Source: a virus. Taken from it: a stretch of DNA of 64,000 nucleotides. Numbering within the stretch: position 1 is the stretch's first letter; every line of letters begins with the position of its first letter. The notes beneath the pieces are model-generated. The model did no database searches, was not told where the DNA came from, and saw only the letters and a list, made by a program, of their open reading frames with translations. The position numbers were made by a program, and so were the translations under genes. Of the stretch, positions 48,377 to 58,978 are shown piece by piece. Location: positions 115,382 through 179,381 of the IMG/VR virus record IMGVR_UViG_3300044716_000883, one strand, 5' to 3'.

Positions 48377-51300
48377 ATGTCAATATTCAGAGAATCCTTC
48401 AAAACAAAAATAAGTGGATCTTTAGCAGCCCGACAAAAGGCTATGACGGATCGTACTCCTAGTACAATTCAATATTTGAATTCTCGTAATTCATGGATTA
48501 GAATGACGTCTAGCGTTAACGTTGGGGGTAGTAATGTGTTGGCTGGTCGGAATGTCTTATTAGGTGGAACTACACAGCCTTTTGGATTAAAATCTGGAGT
48601 TGGATCAACATTAAATAAAGCCTACAGTACCAAATCCACATCCGGCGTTGATAATAGATTAGGTCTTCGCCCAATGGCTGGTATTGTTAACATGAATATT
48701 AAATCCAAATCAGCGTACGGCTCATTAAGAGAAGCAGTAGTTAATTTTCAATGCTGGGATATTCATCAACTTGAAGAATTAGAATTGCTTTATATGCGTC
48801 CTGGATATACAGTACTTGTAGAATGGGGATGGACACCTTATTTAGATAATAGTGGAAACTTAGTAACAACCTTACCTCCTTTTTATGATATTTTAAGTAG
48901 AAAATCAACAGACAGAACAAAAATATTCAAAGAACTATATGAAGCCAGTAGAGACTCTGGGGGTAACTATGATGCTATGTTTGGGTATGTCAAAAACTAC
49001 CAATGGTCAGCTAGACCAGATGGTGGTTATGATTGTCAAACAACAATTATATCAACCGGTGAAATTATTGAATCGTTAAAGGTAAACTATGTATTACCTG
49101 ATTTAACTAAACTTAATAATACTACTAGTCTTGGTGATGGGTTCCTAAACGCTGAATTTGCACTTCAAGGAACAGCACCACCAAATAGATTTAAAGAACA
49201 TTACGAAAAAAATATATTAGCTGGTGTTTGGGCTGAGGCTTATTTTAAATTAAAAGATGCAACTGCTAAAACAATTAAACCTCTTGGAGGAGGGGTAGCA
49301 ACGACCACCCCCGCTACTGCAACACTATCCTCTAATTCTATATTCAAAGATAATATTGGAGTAGTATTTGGAACTCCAATTAGCGAAGAGAAATTTCACT
49401 TTGTTAATGCACCCTATCTTTATTATAATTGGTCTCCTTTAGGTCAAAGTACTACATCTCAAATGTATATTACTTTAGAAGCTGTTTTTGATGTAATTAA
49501 CAAATACGTTATACCAAAAGATGGATCTGGTTTTAAATTAATGGAATTATCTACTCAAACAGAAGGATATACAGGCACTGCAGAAGATCTATTATGTGTA
49601 GCTCATCCTATACAAGTATCAGTAGACCCTACAGTATGTATTATTAAAAGTCCTTTATGGTATGAAACTGGACCAACAGGAGTATTAAGTGGTATAAGCG
49701 CAGCTGCAGCAGCAAATCCACTCCAAAAAAAGGCGGATGATATTAAAAAAGCAGCAACTGATTATGCAACTCTATATGATCCTACAAAAGTAGCAGATAA
49801 CCAAAATAGGTATCTTGTATTTGAAGCAGCAATTAAAAATATAGCCAACATTACTGAATATCAGCAGATTAATACTTTATTAGGCTCATCAGATATTCCT
49901 TCTTATTTAAGTAAGGAATATACTTCTGGAGGAGTAATGGGTTTACAAAAATCTGTTTATCTACCACTACAAGATCATCTTGACACCACCTTAGGCCTTG
50001 ATATAACTGTTGATATTAATCTTGCCAGCAGTAAAACAAATAAAATTGTTCCTGTTATCCCCACAGGTACCCCACCACCACCTGCAATAACAGTGTCTGT
50101 TTCTTCTATAGATAATGCAAAAGCTGCTCTACTTGAATTAAAAGGTTTACAAAAAGATTTCTTCTATAATGGTGATCCTTATAGTGAATTAGGATATATA
50201 GGAAACATATATGTAAACTTAGATTTTCTTTATAGACTATCTTTAGATCCAAATCTTGAATCATCAGATAATAAAGAAAAAAATGAAATTAATTTATACA
50301 AGTATGTAAAAAATCTAATGGCTGCAATACAACCATCTATTGGTAATATTAATAGCTTTGAAGTACATGTTGACCCTGTAGATAATAAAGCTAGAGTAAT
50401 TGATATAAACTTTACCGGAGATAAAGCCCCAAAATTATTTGAACTACAAGTAGGTAACTTAAATTCAGTAGTTAGAAATTATAGTTTACAATCACAAATA
50501 TTCCCTGAACAATCATCTATTATTGCTATTGGTTCACAGGCACAAGGAGGTCAATTAGGTATGCAAAATAATACTATGATTGATTTTAATAAAAATTTAA
50601 CTGATAGAATAATAGAAAAAAAAGATTTTGGAATAACAAGTGTCGGTAACTCTTCTTTACACGGTAGTAGTGTTATAAATACTGCACTAGCTAGTAATTT
50701 AGGAGGTATAATATTCATGTTTTCAACTTTACAACAAACAACAACAGCACCAGGATCCGGAACAGATATAAGTACATTGTTTACTAGATGCAAAAGTAAT
50801 TTAAGAGATTTAATTGTATACTTCCAATCCATTACACTATCTCCAGGCGCTAATAGAAACATAATTCCATTTAAATTCTCATTTGAAATGGACGGTATTG
50901 GTGGGTTAGTAATAGGAAATCTATTTACTATAAACTCGGACGTATTACCTAATGGATATAAAGGTGGTACTGTTGGTGTTAAATTAGCACAAACAATAAC
51001 TGGTATATCTCATACTGTTGGTAGTAGTGATTGGACAACTAAAATTGATGCTTTAAATATTGTATTAGGAAAAGGACCAAATACTATTGCATTTAGTAGT
51101 TTAAAATTAGCTACTTTAATTGAAGAATCATTTAAAAATTCATTACAATCTGCTGCTGCAATAGCAGCAGCAACTCCCCCAGGTGGTGGGGGCGGTGGAG
51201 GATGTACTCAAACTTATCGTGGGTATATCCCTCAAAGGGCTTCACAAAGTACTACAGTAAAAAATGAATATATACCTGCTTTACAACGAAAATTTCCTAG

Positions 51301-51700
51301 TTTCTCTACAGGGCTTAAATTACTAATGGCTGCTCAAACACAACAGGAAGGATTTTTCGCTGGAAGTATATCTTATACATCAAATAATCCAGGAAACGTA
51401 GGTACACATACCGGGCACTTATATCGCGTTACAACTTTCCCAACACTAGAAGATGGTGTTGAGGCTCAATGGACAAAAGTATTAAAAGGTGCATATGCCA
51501 ATACTTCTAGGTATTATAGATCAAATATGACTTTATATGATTATTTGCATCAATATGCACCTCCATGTGATAATGCTGGGAATCCATCAACTAATGATCC
51601 AACAGTATACACTAATTTTGTAATTAATTATTTTGCAACAGTTGGGGGTATTACTATAACAGCAACAACAACTTTAGACCAAATTAAGGCTATACCATAA
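48377..51700 (+). CDS. Baseplate hub protein (gp27-like) with a C-terminal lysozyme-like domain
   Basis: Y..PGY.VLVEWGW hub-type motif; C-terminal NNPGN...F.T.E.G..A...TL......YAPP.DN. Confidence 0.55.
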   Translation: MSIFRESFKTKISGSLAARQKAMTDRTPSTIQYLNSRNSWIRMTSSVNVGGSNVLAGRNVLLGGTTQPFGLKSGVGSTLNKAYSTKSTSGVDNRLGLRPMAGIVNMNIKSKSAYGSLREAVVNFQCWDIHQLEELELLYMRPGYTVLVEWGWTPYLDNSGNLVTTLPPFYDILSRKSTDRTKIFKELYEASRDSGGNYDAMFGYVKNYQWSARPDGGYDCQTTIISTGEIIESLKVNYVLPDLTKLNNTTSLGDGFLNAEFALQGTAPPNRFKEHYEKNILAGVWAEAYFKLKDATAKTIKPLGGGVATTTPATATLSSNSIFKDNIGVVFGTPISEEKFHFVNAPYLYYNWSPLGQSTTSQMYITLEAVFDVINKYVIPKDGSGFKLMELSTQTEGYTGTAEDLLCVAHPIQVSVDPTVCIIKSPLWYETGPTGVLSGISAAAAANPLQKKADDIKKAATDYATLYDPTKVADNQNRYLVFEAAIKNIANITEYQQINTLLGSSDIPSYLSKEYTSGGVMGLQKSVYLPLQDHLDTTLGLDITVDINLASSKTNKIVPVIPTGTPPPPAITVSVSSIDNAKAALLELKGLQKDFFYNGDPYSELGYIGNIYVNLDFLYRLSLDPNLESSDNKEKNEINLYKYVKNLMAAIQPSIGNINSFEVHVDPVDNKARVIDINFTGDKAPKLFELQVGNLNSVVRNYSLQSQIFPEQSSIIAIGSQAQGGQLGMQNNTMIDFNKNLTDRIIEKKDFGITSVGNSSLHGSSVINTALASNLGGIIFMFSTLQQTTTAPGSGTDISTLFTRCKSNLRDLIVYFQSITLSPGANRNIIPFKFSFEMDGIGGLVIGNLFTINSDVLPNGYKGGTVGVKLAQTITGISHTVGSSDWTTKIDALNIVLGKGPNTIAFSSLKLATLIEESFKNSLQSAAAIAAATPPGGGGGGGCTQTYRGYIPQRASQSTTVKNEYIPALQRKFPSFSTGLKLLMAAQTQQEGFFAGSISYTSNNPGNVGTHTGHLYRVTTFPTLEDGVEAQWTKVLKGAYANTSRYYRSNMTLYDYLHQYAPPCDNAGNPSTNDPTVYTNFVINYFATVGGITITATTTLDQIKAIP

Positions 51701-51701
51701 A

Positions 51702-52208
51702 ATGAAAGTACCAAAAAATATAATACAAACCGGCAAATACACCTCAGGAAGAGAGTTTGTAGAAGAAAAAACAAATAAACCATATCAAGGATATTACTAT
51801 GAATTAAATGGTTTTTTATATACAGGAAGAGAATATAGTATAGATGCTATTAAAATAATAAAAATAGAAAACCAAAACCAATTATATAATAGCAGCAATA
51901 CTGCCCTGTTTTCACTTGTATCTGGTATTACATCACAACAATTATCATCACCACCAATAAACAGTATTAACAAGCACAACCCAATAGGAATTAGTTTTAC
52001 CCCACTCAATAAAAAACCACAGTTTTTTGTACAAAAAATTAATGTAAATCCAATTATCATAAAAGAAGTAGATGAGAAATCATATATTTCTGTACGAGGA
52101 AATCCTTTATATAAAACAACCTTTATAGGAATTTATGATGGTGTTGATCAAAACTTAGACAAAGCAGAAACCCAATTACCTGGTTTAAAGACTTTCTTGT
52201 CAGTCTAA
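51702..52208 (+). CDS. Hypothetical protein
   Basis: 168 aa; YTSGREF...KPYQGYY. Confidence 0.6.
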   Translation: MKVPKNIIQTGKYTSGREFVEEKTNKPYQGYYYELNGFLYTGREYSIDAIKIIKIENQNQLYNSSNTALFSLVSGITSQQLSSPPINSINKHNPIGISFTPLNKKPQFFVQKINVNPIIIKEVDEKSYISVRGNPLYKTTFIGIYDGVDQNLDKAETQLPGLKTFLSV

Positions 52209-52227
52209 ATTTTTAGTCTTATATTTC
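52196..52227 (+). promoter_or_regulatory. Bacteroidota-type promoter CTTG-N20-TATATTTC upstream of polA
   Basis: Consensus spacing. Confidence 0.5.
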
Positions 52228-52243
52228 GTCAAATAAAAAGGTT

Positions 52244-53527
52244 ATGTTTTACATTATTGAACGTTCAGACCAGCTAGAAAAGCTGGGTAGTTTTGGGGAC
52301 TGTTTCGTCAGTTTCATCCCTAAAAACAACAAATACCATCCTGCATTAACTGAATTGAGTTTAGTTTACGTTAGGGACATCATCAGAACTAAAGGATTTA
52401 TGTTGTGTATTAATCACAGTGAGTCATTTGGATTAAAGAAAGAAGATGTTGAGTGGTGGTTACTTAACAACACACAAAAGATGTGGGTATTAGATAAGAA
52501 AGAAGCACTGTATTATTTCAACAAACCACATAAGCTATTTGATGTAAATTTCATCAAACACATTCACAAAATACCAACTAACTGTAGTGAATTTTATTAC
52601 ACCAAACATTATTTTCTACCTAATGTCAATTGCCTAATACCAATCAGCAAACATTATGAAGAGTGGGAAAATGTATTTAGTGAAGTATTACCATTGATCC
52701 AATCATACACACCGAATGATCAATTTACCTTTAACAATGAGCGTACAACTAATGTATTTTATCAGCTCGAATCAAACGGTATAAAGCTCAATAAAAACTG
52801 CTTCATCGACTATTACCAAGGTAAATTACCCCACCCAGAATTCAATTTATCTCGCGGAAAAATATACACACATTACAATCTATACACAACAACATCACGC
52901 CCATCTAACACATTTAACAGCGTTAATTTCGCAGCATTAAATAAAGATGATGGCGAACGTATGTGTTACATGCCTGAAAATGATATGTTTGTTGAAATGG
53001 ACTTCCAAGGTTACCATCCACGTCTAATTGGTGAAATGGTTAATTGGCATTTTCCTAAAGATAAAAATACATACGAGTTATTAGGTCAGTTGTTAGGTGT
53101 ATCACAACAAGACGCTAAAGAATTAACATTCAAACAGTTGTATGGTGGTGTGTGGGCTGAATACCAGTACAAACCATTCTTCAAAGATGTAAATATGTTT
53201 ATTGATGATATGTGGGACACGTATCAATATGGTAAGTATTATGAGACGGAAAACAGAATATTTATACCTGACGATGATATGACTCAAGCTAAGTTATTCA
53301 ATTATATAGTGCAGAGTAAAGAAACGTCAACCAACGTTGAATTATTAGAAAAGGTACTTGATTATTTAAAAGGTAAAAAAACCAAAATAGTATTATACAC
53401 CTATGACGCGTTTTTGTTTGATTATAGCAAAGAAGACGGCGACATATTGCAAGATATAGTAAAATTACTGGAATATCCGGTAACTATTAAGCAAGGAAAT
53501 ACATATCATGGTTTAACTAAAATATAA
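52244..53527 (+). CDS. polA: Divergent family A DNA polymerase with a degenerate exonuclease domain
   Basis: TTTSRPS, NFAAL, motif A DFQGYHPRL, motif B AKELTFKQLYGG, NYIVQS, motif C TYDAFLFD. Confidence 0.75.
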   Translation: MFYIIERSDQLEKLGSFGDCFVSFIPKNNKYHPALTELSLVYVRDIIRTKGFMLCINHSESFGLKKEDVEWWLLNNTQKMWVLDKKEALYYFNKPHKLFDVNFIKHIHKIPTNCSEFYYTKHYFLPNVNCLIPISKHYEEWENVFSEVLPLIQSYTPNDQFTFNNERTTNVFYQLESNGIKLNKNCFIDYYQGKLPHPEFNLSRGKIYTHYNLYTTTSRPSNTFNSVNFAALNKDDGERMCYMPENDMFVEMDFQGYHPRLIGEMVNWHFPKDKNTYELLGQLLGVSQQDAKELTFKQLYGGVWAEYQYKPFFKDVNMFIDDMWDTYQYGKYYETENRIFIPDDDMTQAKLFNYIVQSKETSTNVELLEKVLDYLKGKKTKIVLYTYDAFLFDYSKEDGDILQDIVKLLEYPVTIKQGNTYHGLTKI

Positions 53528-53533
53528 ATATTT

Positions 53534-53956
53534 ATGACAGACAATATATTTTTCGATTTGAACAAATTATTCTGCACTTTCACGAAGCTCGAAAATTTAG
53601 AAACCACTGTTTCTACAATTAATCGCCGCCACGCCATCTTATATAATAAGATCTTCATTCTTGAGTCGCCTCAGAGTGATGAATTAATGTGCACATACAA
53701 TATTGATATGGGCAACTCAGTTAACGATCCGTTACCAAGTACCATATTATTACACCGCAAGAAAGAATCAAACACACTATACACAATTAATGCATTAAAC
53801 GCTTTAATTAAAGAATTGAATGGCGGTGTTTTAGATACTAAATTTATAGTAAATTGGCACGACTACAAAAACAGCATATTACTTACCAATGGTAATAGTC
53901 CTGAATTACGTAGATTAGATACCTCTATTTATAAAATTATAGATCTTAATAAATAA
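53534..53956 (+). CDS. Hypothetical protein
   Basis: 140 aa; HRKKESNTLYTINALN. Confidence 0.65.
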   Translation: MTDNIFFDLNKLFCTFTKLENLETTVSTINRRHAILYNKIFILESPQSDELMCTYNIDMGNSVNDPLPSTILLHRKKESNTLYTINALNALIKELNGGVLDTKFIVNWHDYKNSILLTNGNSPELRRLDTSIYKIIDLNK

Positions 53957-54291
53957 TGGCAACATATACAGCATCACAACTTAACGGAGTAGGATCAGTA
54001 GGTGAAAACCTATCAGGATTAAAAACATTTACATTCACTAATCCTAGTTCATCAGCATATTTCACATTAGAAACAGTACCTAACGCTACTGGTTCATATG
54101 CTGGTTCTCCTACAAATGCATTAGGAACATGGGCTGTATCTGCATCTATGGGATTTGTTTCTTCATCATATGTTGCTTCGGTTGTTGTACAACCAGGATC
54201 TTCTGTTCTTACCTTTACACCTACATCGGCTGTTACTGGTACTACTTATCGTTTAAGAGGAACAGGAGAATATAGTTTAACTATCTCTTAA
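53956..54291 (+). CDS. Hypothetical Ser/Thr-rich beta protein
   Basis: 111 aa with structural-gene-like composition inside the replication block. Confidence 0.55.
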   Translation: MATYTASQLNGVGSVGENLSGLKTFTFTNPSSSAYFTLETVPNATGSYAGSPTNALGTWAVSASMGFVSSSYVASVVVQPGSSVLTFTPTSAVTGTTYRLRGTGEYSLTIS

Positions 54292-54296
54292 GATAG

Positions 54297-54328
54297 TTTG
54301 GTGGTCTAAGTAAATTTTCTTATATTCA
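54297..54328 (+). promoter_or_regulatory. Bacteroidota-type promoter TTTG-N20-TATATTCA
   Basis: Consensus spacing; TTTGGTGGTCT is shared with 38132. Confidence 0.55.
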
Positions 54329-54346
54329 AGTCTAAATAAAACAGTT

Positions 54347-55177
54347 ATGGATTTAAATCTGGCAAAGCAGAAATTAGCCGCTGCACAAAACAAAGGTGGT
54401 CAACAAAGAGAAAGAATTGACTACACTAAAATTTTCTTTAAACCAAAACCAGGTAAGTACATAGTACGAATTTTACCTTCAGTGTATGATAAGGCATGGC
54501 CTATCCGTGAAGTACAGTTCCACTATGGTTTCTCTAAAGGACCAATCTTGGCTTTATCAAATTGGGGTGAAGCAGATCCAATTGCGGATTTTGCAAAAAC
54601 ACTTCGTAAATCATCTGATAGAGAAGATTGGCAATTAGCTAAAAAAATCGAGCCAAAATCTCGTTATTTTGCAGCTGTAGTAGTACGTGGTGAAGAACAC
54701 TTAGGTGCTCGCTTATGGGAATTTGGTAAATTAACAAACGATCAGTTATTAGGTATTGCTGCTGATGAAGACTATGGTGACTACACAGACATCACAGACG
54801 GTAGAGACTTTACTATTGATGCTGTTGAAGATGTTATTGCTGGTAGAAAGGGTGTTAAATGTAACCTTCGTATCAAGCCAAAAACATCTCCGATCTCTGA
54901 AGATGCAGCAGTAGTAGAAAAAGTACTTAACGAGCAACCTGATATCTTGGCAATTAATCGTAGATACACTTACGAGGCTTTAAAAGACATCTTGACTAAA
55001 TGGTTAAATCCTGAAGATGAAGCTGCTACTGAAGCTCCTATCGCATCTAAAGATGCAGAGGAAGAAGATGATTTCTTAACCGAAATGAACAAACCAGTAA
55101 CACCAACTTACTCTTTAGAAACTCCTGCTGCTAAAACTAGCAATGCAGATAAATTTAACGATCTATTCAACGACTAA
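54347..55177 (+). CDS. Single-stranded DNA-binding protein (gp32-like)
   Basis: VRILP...HYGF...GE.DPI...RGEE..G..LWEFGK, D.TD...GRDF, acidic tail ending FNDLFND. Confidence 0.75.
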   Translation: MDLNLAKQKLAAAQNKGGQQRERIDYTKIFFKPKPGKYIVRILPSVYDKAWPIREVQFHYGFSKGPILALSNWGEADPIADFAKTLRKSSDREDWQLAKKIEPKSRYFAAVVVRGEEHLGARLWEFGKLTNDQLLGIAADEDYGDYTDITDGRDFTIDAVEDVIAGRKGVKCNLRIKPKTSPISEDAAVVEKVLNEQPDILAINRRYTYEALKDILTKWLNPEDEAATEAPIASKDAEEEDDFLTEMNKPVTPTYSLETPAAKTSNADKFNDLFND

Positions 55178-55179
55178 TT

Positions 55180-56262
55180 ATGGCAAAAAGTAAAGACAGC
55201 TTAACGACTGTAGTATCAGAATCGTTAAAAAAATCATTTAACATTGATGCGTTTAAGAAATCTAAATTTTTAGACCAATCAGTTAAATTTAAACCTCAAA
55301 GATGGATTAAACTGTCTGAAGCTTTCCAAGATGTCATTTCATTACCTGGTATTCCGATGGGCCACATAAGTTTATTACGTGGTCACTCGGACACTGGTAA
55401 AACAACAGCAATGTTAGAGGCAGCAGTAGCAGCCCAAAAAATGGGTGTACTACCTGTCTTTATCATTACTGAAATGAAATGGAATTGGGAACACGCTCAA
55501 CAAATGGGCTTCGAAATGGAACCAGTAGTTGACACTGAAACAGGAGAAATTGTTGATTACAAAGGTTTCTTCTTATATGTTGATAGAGGTTCATTAAACA
55601 CAATTGAAGATGTAGCATCATTTATTGCTGATCTTCTAAGTGAACAAGCATCAGGTAAATTACCATTTGACTTATGTTTCTTCTGGGATTCTGTAGGATC
55701 AATTCCTTGTAGATTATCAGTTGAATCTAATAAGAATAACAACGAATGGAATGCTGGAGCTATGTCTCAACAATTTGGTAACTTTATCAACCAGAAAGTT
55801 GTATTATCACGTAAAGAAAACCAACCATATACTAATACGATGGTATGTGTTAATAAGGTGTGGGTTGCAAAACCAAATTCACCTATGGAACAGCCTAAAA
55901 TGAAAAATAAAGGCGGTGATACAATGTTCTTTGATTCATCACTTGTAGTAACATTTGGTAATATTTCAAACAGTGGTACTAGTAAGATTAAAGCAACTAA
56001 AGACGGTAAAGACGTAGAATTTGCTAAACGCACTAAAATATCAGTTGATAAAAACCACGTTACAGGTGTTCAAACAAAAGGTACTGTTACAATGACAGTT
56101 CACGGTTTCATTGCTGACGATAAGAAAGCAATTGACCTATACAAGAAAGAACATTCTAAAGATTGGTTACAAATTCTAGGTTCAGCTGACTTCGACGTTG
56201 TTGAAGAAGATGAAATGGAAGAAAATTTTAAAGAAATAAATCTAGTAGATGTCGAAGAGTAA
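55180..56262 (+). CDS. recA: RecA/UvsX recombinase
   Basis: Walker A GHSDTGKT, WDSVGS, NKV, KNKGG, KNH. Confidence 0.85.
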   Translation: MAKSKDSLTTVVSESLKKSFNIDAFKKSKFLDQSVKFKPQRWIKLSEAFQDVISLPGIPMGHISLLRGHSDTGKTTAMLEAAVAAQKMGVLPVFIITEMKWNWEHAQQMGFEMEPVVDTETGEIVDYKGFFLYVDRGSLNTIEDVASFIADLLSEQASGKLPFDLCFFWDSVGSIPCRLSVESNKNNNEWNAGAMSQQFGNFINQKVVLSRKENQPYTNTMVCVNKVWVAKPNSPMEQPKMKNKGGDTMFFDSSLVVTFGNISNSGTSKIKATKDGKDVEFAKRTKISVDKNHVTGVQTKGTVTMTVHGFIADDKKAIDLYKKEHSKDWLQILGSADFDVVEEDEMEENFKEINLVDVEE

Positions 56263-57277
56263 ATATGAACAATTACTCACTAACGTACAACCAGACATCA
56301 GAAAAGAACTAAGCTCAATTTTAATCATAGACGGCCTCAATACATTCTTGAGGTCGTTTACTATGATTAATCATATAAATCCCGATGGCCATCATATTGG
56401 TGGTTTGACAGGATTTTTAAAATCAATTGGTTATGCGATCAGGATGACTGATCCAACTAAAGTAGTTATTGTATTTGATGGTGTAGGTGGTTCAAACGCT
56501 AGGAGAAATCTGTTCCCAGCATATAAAGCAAATCGTAATGTTAATCGCATGACGAATTATTCCATATTCCAATCGAAAGATGAGGAACAGGAAAGTATTA
56601 ACAATCAAATGGAACGTTTGATTCAGTACCTTAAATGCCTACCTGTCACTGTTGTAGGAATTGATGGACTAGAAGCAGATGACATTATTGGTTATTTAGC
56701 AACTAAATTCCAGGCACATGATGACACCCAAAAGGTAACTATCATGTCTGCTGATAAGGATTTCTTACAATTAGTATCGGATAAAGTACAATGTTATTCT
56801 CCTACTAAAAAGAAAGTATACACCCCAAAAGACGTATTGGAAGAATATGGTGTTACAAGTCAAAACTTCCTTAACTACAAAATATTGATGGGTGATTCAA
56901 GTGATAATATCCCTGGCATTAGCGGATTAGGACCTAAAAAACTATTTAAGCTATTCCCAGAATTAGCAACTGATGTTCAATTAACAGTGGATGGCATTAT
57001 TACTAAAGCAGCAGAAAATATCAGTGAAAACAAATTATATTTATCTGTTGTAGAAAGACGCTACCAGTTATATACTAATCATCAATTGATGTCTTTGAAT
57101 GGTAGTTTCTTATCACCAGAGAATAAACAATTAGTTAAAGACGCATTTACCAATTCTTATGAATTGAATTCGCCAATATTTCTTCAATTGTATCATAATG
57201 ATAAATTAGGTGAATCAATTCCTAATGTACAATCTTGGTTAACACAATTATTTGGTTATCCAAATTCTTTCAAATAA
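56249..57277 (+). CDS. 5'-3' exonuclease / flap endonuclease (RNase H of T4 type)
   Basis: IDGLNTF.R, VFDG, YKANR, EADDIIG, SADKDFLQL, GDSSDNIPGISGLGPK. Confidence 0.9.
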   Translation: MSKSKYEQLLTNVQPDIRKELSSILIIDGLNTFLRSFTMINHINPDGHHIGGLTGFLKSIGYAIRMTDPTKVVIVFDGVGGSNARRNLFPAYKANRNVNRMTNYSIFQSKDEEQESINNQMERLIQYLKCLPVTVVGIDGLEADDIIGYLATKFQAHDDTQKVTIMSADKDFLQLVSDKVQCYSPTKKKVYTPKDVLEEYGVTSQNFLNYKILMGDSSDNIPGISGLGPKKLFKLFPELATDVQLTVDGIITKAAENISENKLYLSVVERRYQLYTNHQLMSLNGSFLSPENKQLVKDAFTNSYELNSPIFLQLYHNDKLGESIPNVQSWLTQLFGYPNSFK

Positions 57278-57286
57278 ATTTAGGTT

Positions 57287-58663
57287 ATGACAACATTACA
57301 GAAATTAAATCAATACGGACCCGTATTCCAAGTAAAAGTATTAGGAGCCTTGCTAACGCAAAGACAATTCCTAATTAACATTATAGATTCACTCGATTCA
57401 GAGTATTTTGAATCATCAGCTCACAAATGGATTATTGAATATATCCAGAAATACTTTAGTGAATATCACACAACACCCACAGTAGAAACATTATCTATTG
57501 AGGTAAAAAAGATTGAAAATGAAGTATTAAGAATATCAATTGCTGAAGCACTAAGAGAAGCATATAAAATGTCTGATCAAAGTGATTTAGAATGGGTAGA
57601 AGATGAATTTAGTACCTTCTGTCGTAATCAGCAAGTTAAAAAAGCAATATTAGGTTCAGTTCAGTTACTTGAAATGAATGACTTTGAAAGTATCTTACAA
57701 CTAATCAGTAAAGCAGTTAACGCAGGTGAAGATAAAACAATAGGATTAGATTATAACTTAGATATTGAAGCTAGATATCGTGAAGATGATAGAAACTGTA
57801 TTCCATTCCCTTGGCCTGTATTTAACGAAATTACTCAAGGGGGATATGGTAAAGGTGATTTAGTATTAGTATTCGGTAATCCTGGAGGTGGTAAGTCATG
57901 GGCTATTACAGCAATGGGGGCTTATGCCGCAGCATTAGGATATAATGTAGTACACTATTCACTTGAATTAGGTGAAGGTTATGTTGGTAAAAGATACGAT
58001 GCTGTGTTTTCGGGTATTGAAGTTGATAAATTACATTTGCACCGTAAAGAAGTAGATGAAATTGTAGGTAAAGTAAAAGGTAAAGTAATCATCAAAGAAT
58101 ACCCACCTAAGAGAGCATCATTCGATGTAATCGAAGCACACCTACAACAACTAGAACACCAGAATGACTTTAAACCAGATTTAATTATCATTGACTATCT
58201 AGATTACATGCGTACACGTTCTAGAAAAGAACGTAAAGAAGAAATTGATGATGTTTATGTTGCTGCTAAAGCATTTGCTAAAGAAAAAGGTATACCTGTT
58301 GTATCACCATCTCAAGCAAATAGAGGCGCTGCAAAATCAGATATCATTGAAGGAGATAATGCAGCGGGGTCATATGAAAAAATTATGATTGGAGATATTA
58401 TCTTATCATTAGCACGTAAACGTAAAGATAAAATTGAAGGAACTGGTAATTGGCACATTATGAAAAACAGATATGGTGCTGATGGTATGACATTTAGATC
58501 CAGAATTAATACATCAAACGGATATATTGATATAGATCAAAACCCAGTTGATGACGATGATATTGAGACTGGTTCCCAAAATAAAGCTGTGAACGATTTC
58601 TCGAGTGTGGGTGCAGAAGAAAGGCAACTACTTCAACAGAAGTTTTTCAAGCTTGAGAATTAA
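57287..58663 (+). CDS. dnaB: Replicative DnaB-like helicase
   Basis: GNPGGGKS, SLEL, IIDYLDYM, SQANR, KNRYG. Confidence 0.9.
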   Translation: MTTLQKLNQYGPVFQVKVLGALLTQRQFLINIIDSLDSEYFESSAHKWIIEYIQKYFSEYHTTPTVETLSIEVKKIENEVLRISIAEALREAYKMSDQSDLEWVEDEFSTFCRNQQVKKAILGSVQLLEMNDFESILQLISKAVNAGEDKTIGLDYNLDIEARYREDDRNCIPFPWPVFNEITQGGYGKGDLVLVFGNPGGGKSWAITAMGAYAAALGYNVVHYSLELGEGYVGKRYDAVFSGIEVDKLHLHRKEVDEIVGKVKGKVIIKEYPPKRASFDVIEAHLQQLEHQNDFKPDLIIIDYLDYMRTRSRKERKEEIDDVYVAAKAFAKEKGIPVVSPSQANRGAAKSDIIEGDNAAGSYEKIMIGDIILSLARKRKDKIEGTGNWHIMKNRYGADGMTFRSRINTSNGYIDIDQNPVDDDDIETGSQNKAVNDFSSVGAEERQLLQQKFFKLEN

Positions 58664-58684
58664 TTAAGGTATATACTATATTTA
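58652..58684 (+). promoter_or_regulatory. Bacteroidota-type promoter CTTG-N21-TATATTTA
   Basis: Consensus spacing upstream of trx-nrdJ. Confidence 0.45.
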
Positions 58685-58704
58685 TAACTACAACAATAAA
58701 AATT

Positions 58705-58965
58705 ATGATAAAGGTTAAACGATTCACGGCTACTTGGTGTGGCCCATGTAAAACTCTTGCTCCTGTATTCGAACAAATACAAACAAGTTTTCCAGATGTT
58801 ACATTTGAAACAATAGATGTTGACGAAAATAGAGAAGCGGCACAAGAAAATTTTGTAACCTCAATCCCTACCGTTATCTTTGAGAAAGATGGATTAGCAA
58901 AACAACGTTTTACTGGTGCTCAACCAAAATCTGTATACATAGATACTATTAACTCACTAAAATAA
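58705..58965 (+). CDS. trxA: Thioredoxin
   Basis: ATWCGPCK, SIPTV. Confidence 0.92.
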   Translation: MIKVKRFTATWCGPCKTLAPVFEQIQTSFPDVTFETIDVDENREAAQENFVTSIPTVIFEKDGLAKQRFTGAQPKSVYIDTINSLK

Positions 58966-58978
58966 AAATTAAAAGAAA

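Noticed and set aside
53528-53535. ATATTTAT overlapping ATG 53534 as a promoter
   Set aside because: It overlaps the start codon within a coupled operon and is probably chance in AT-rich DNA.
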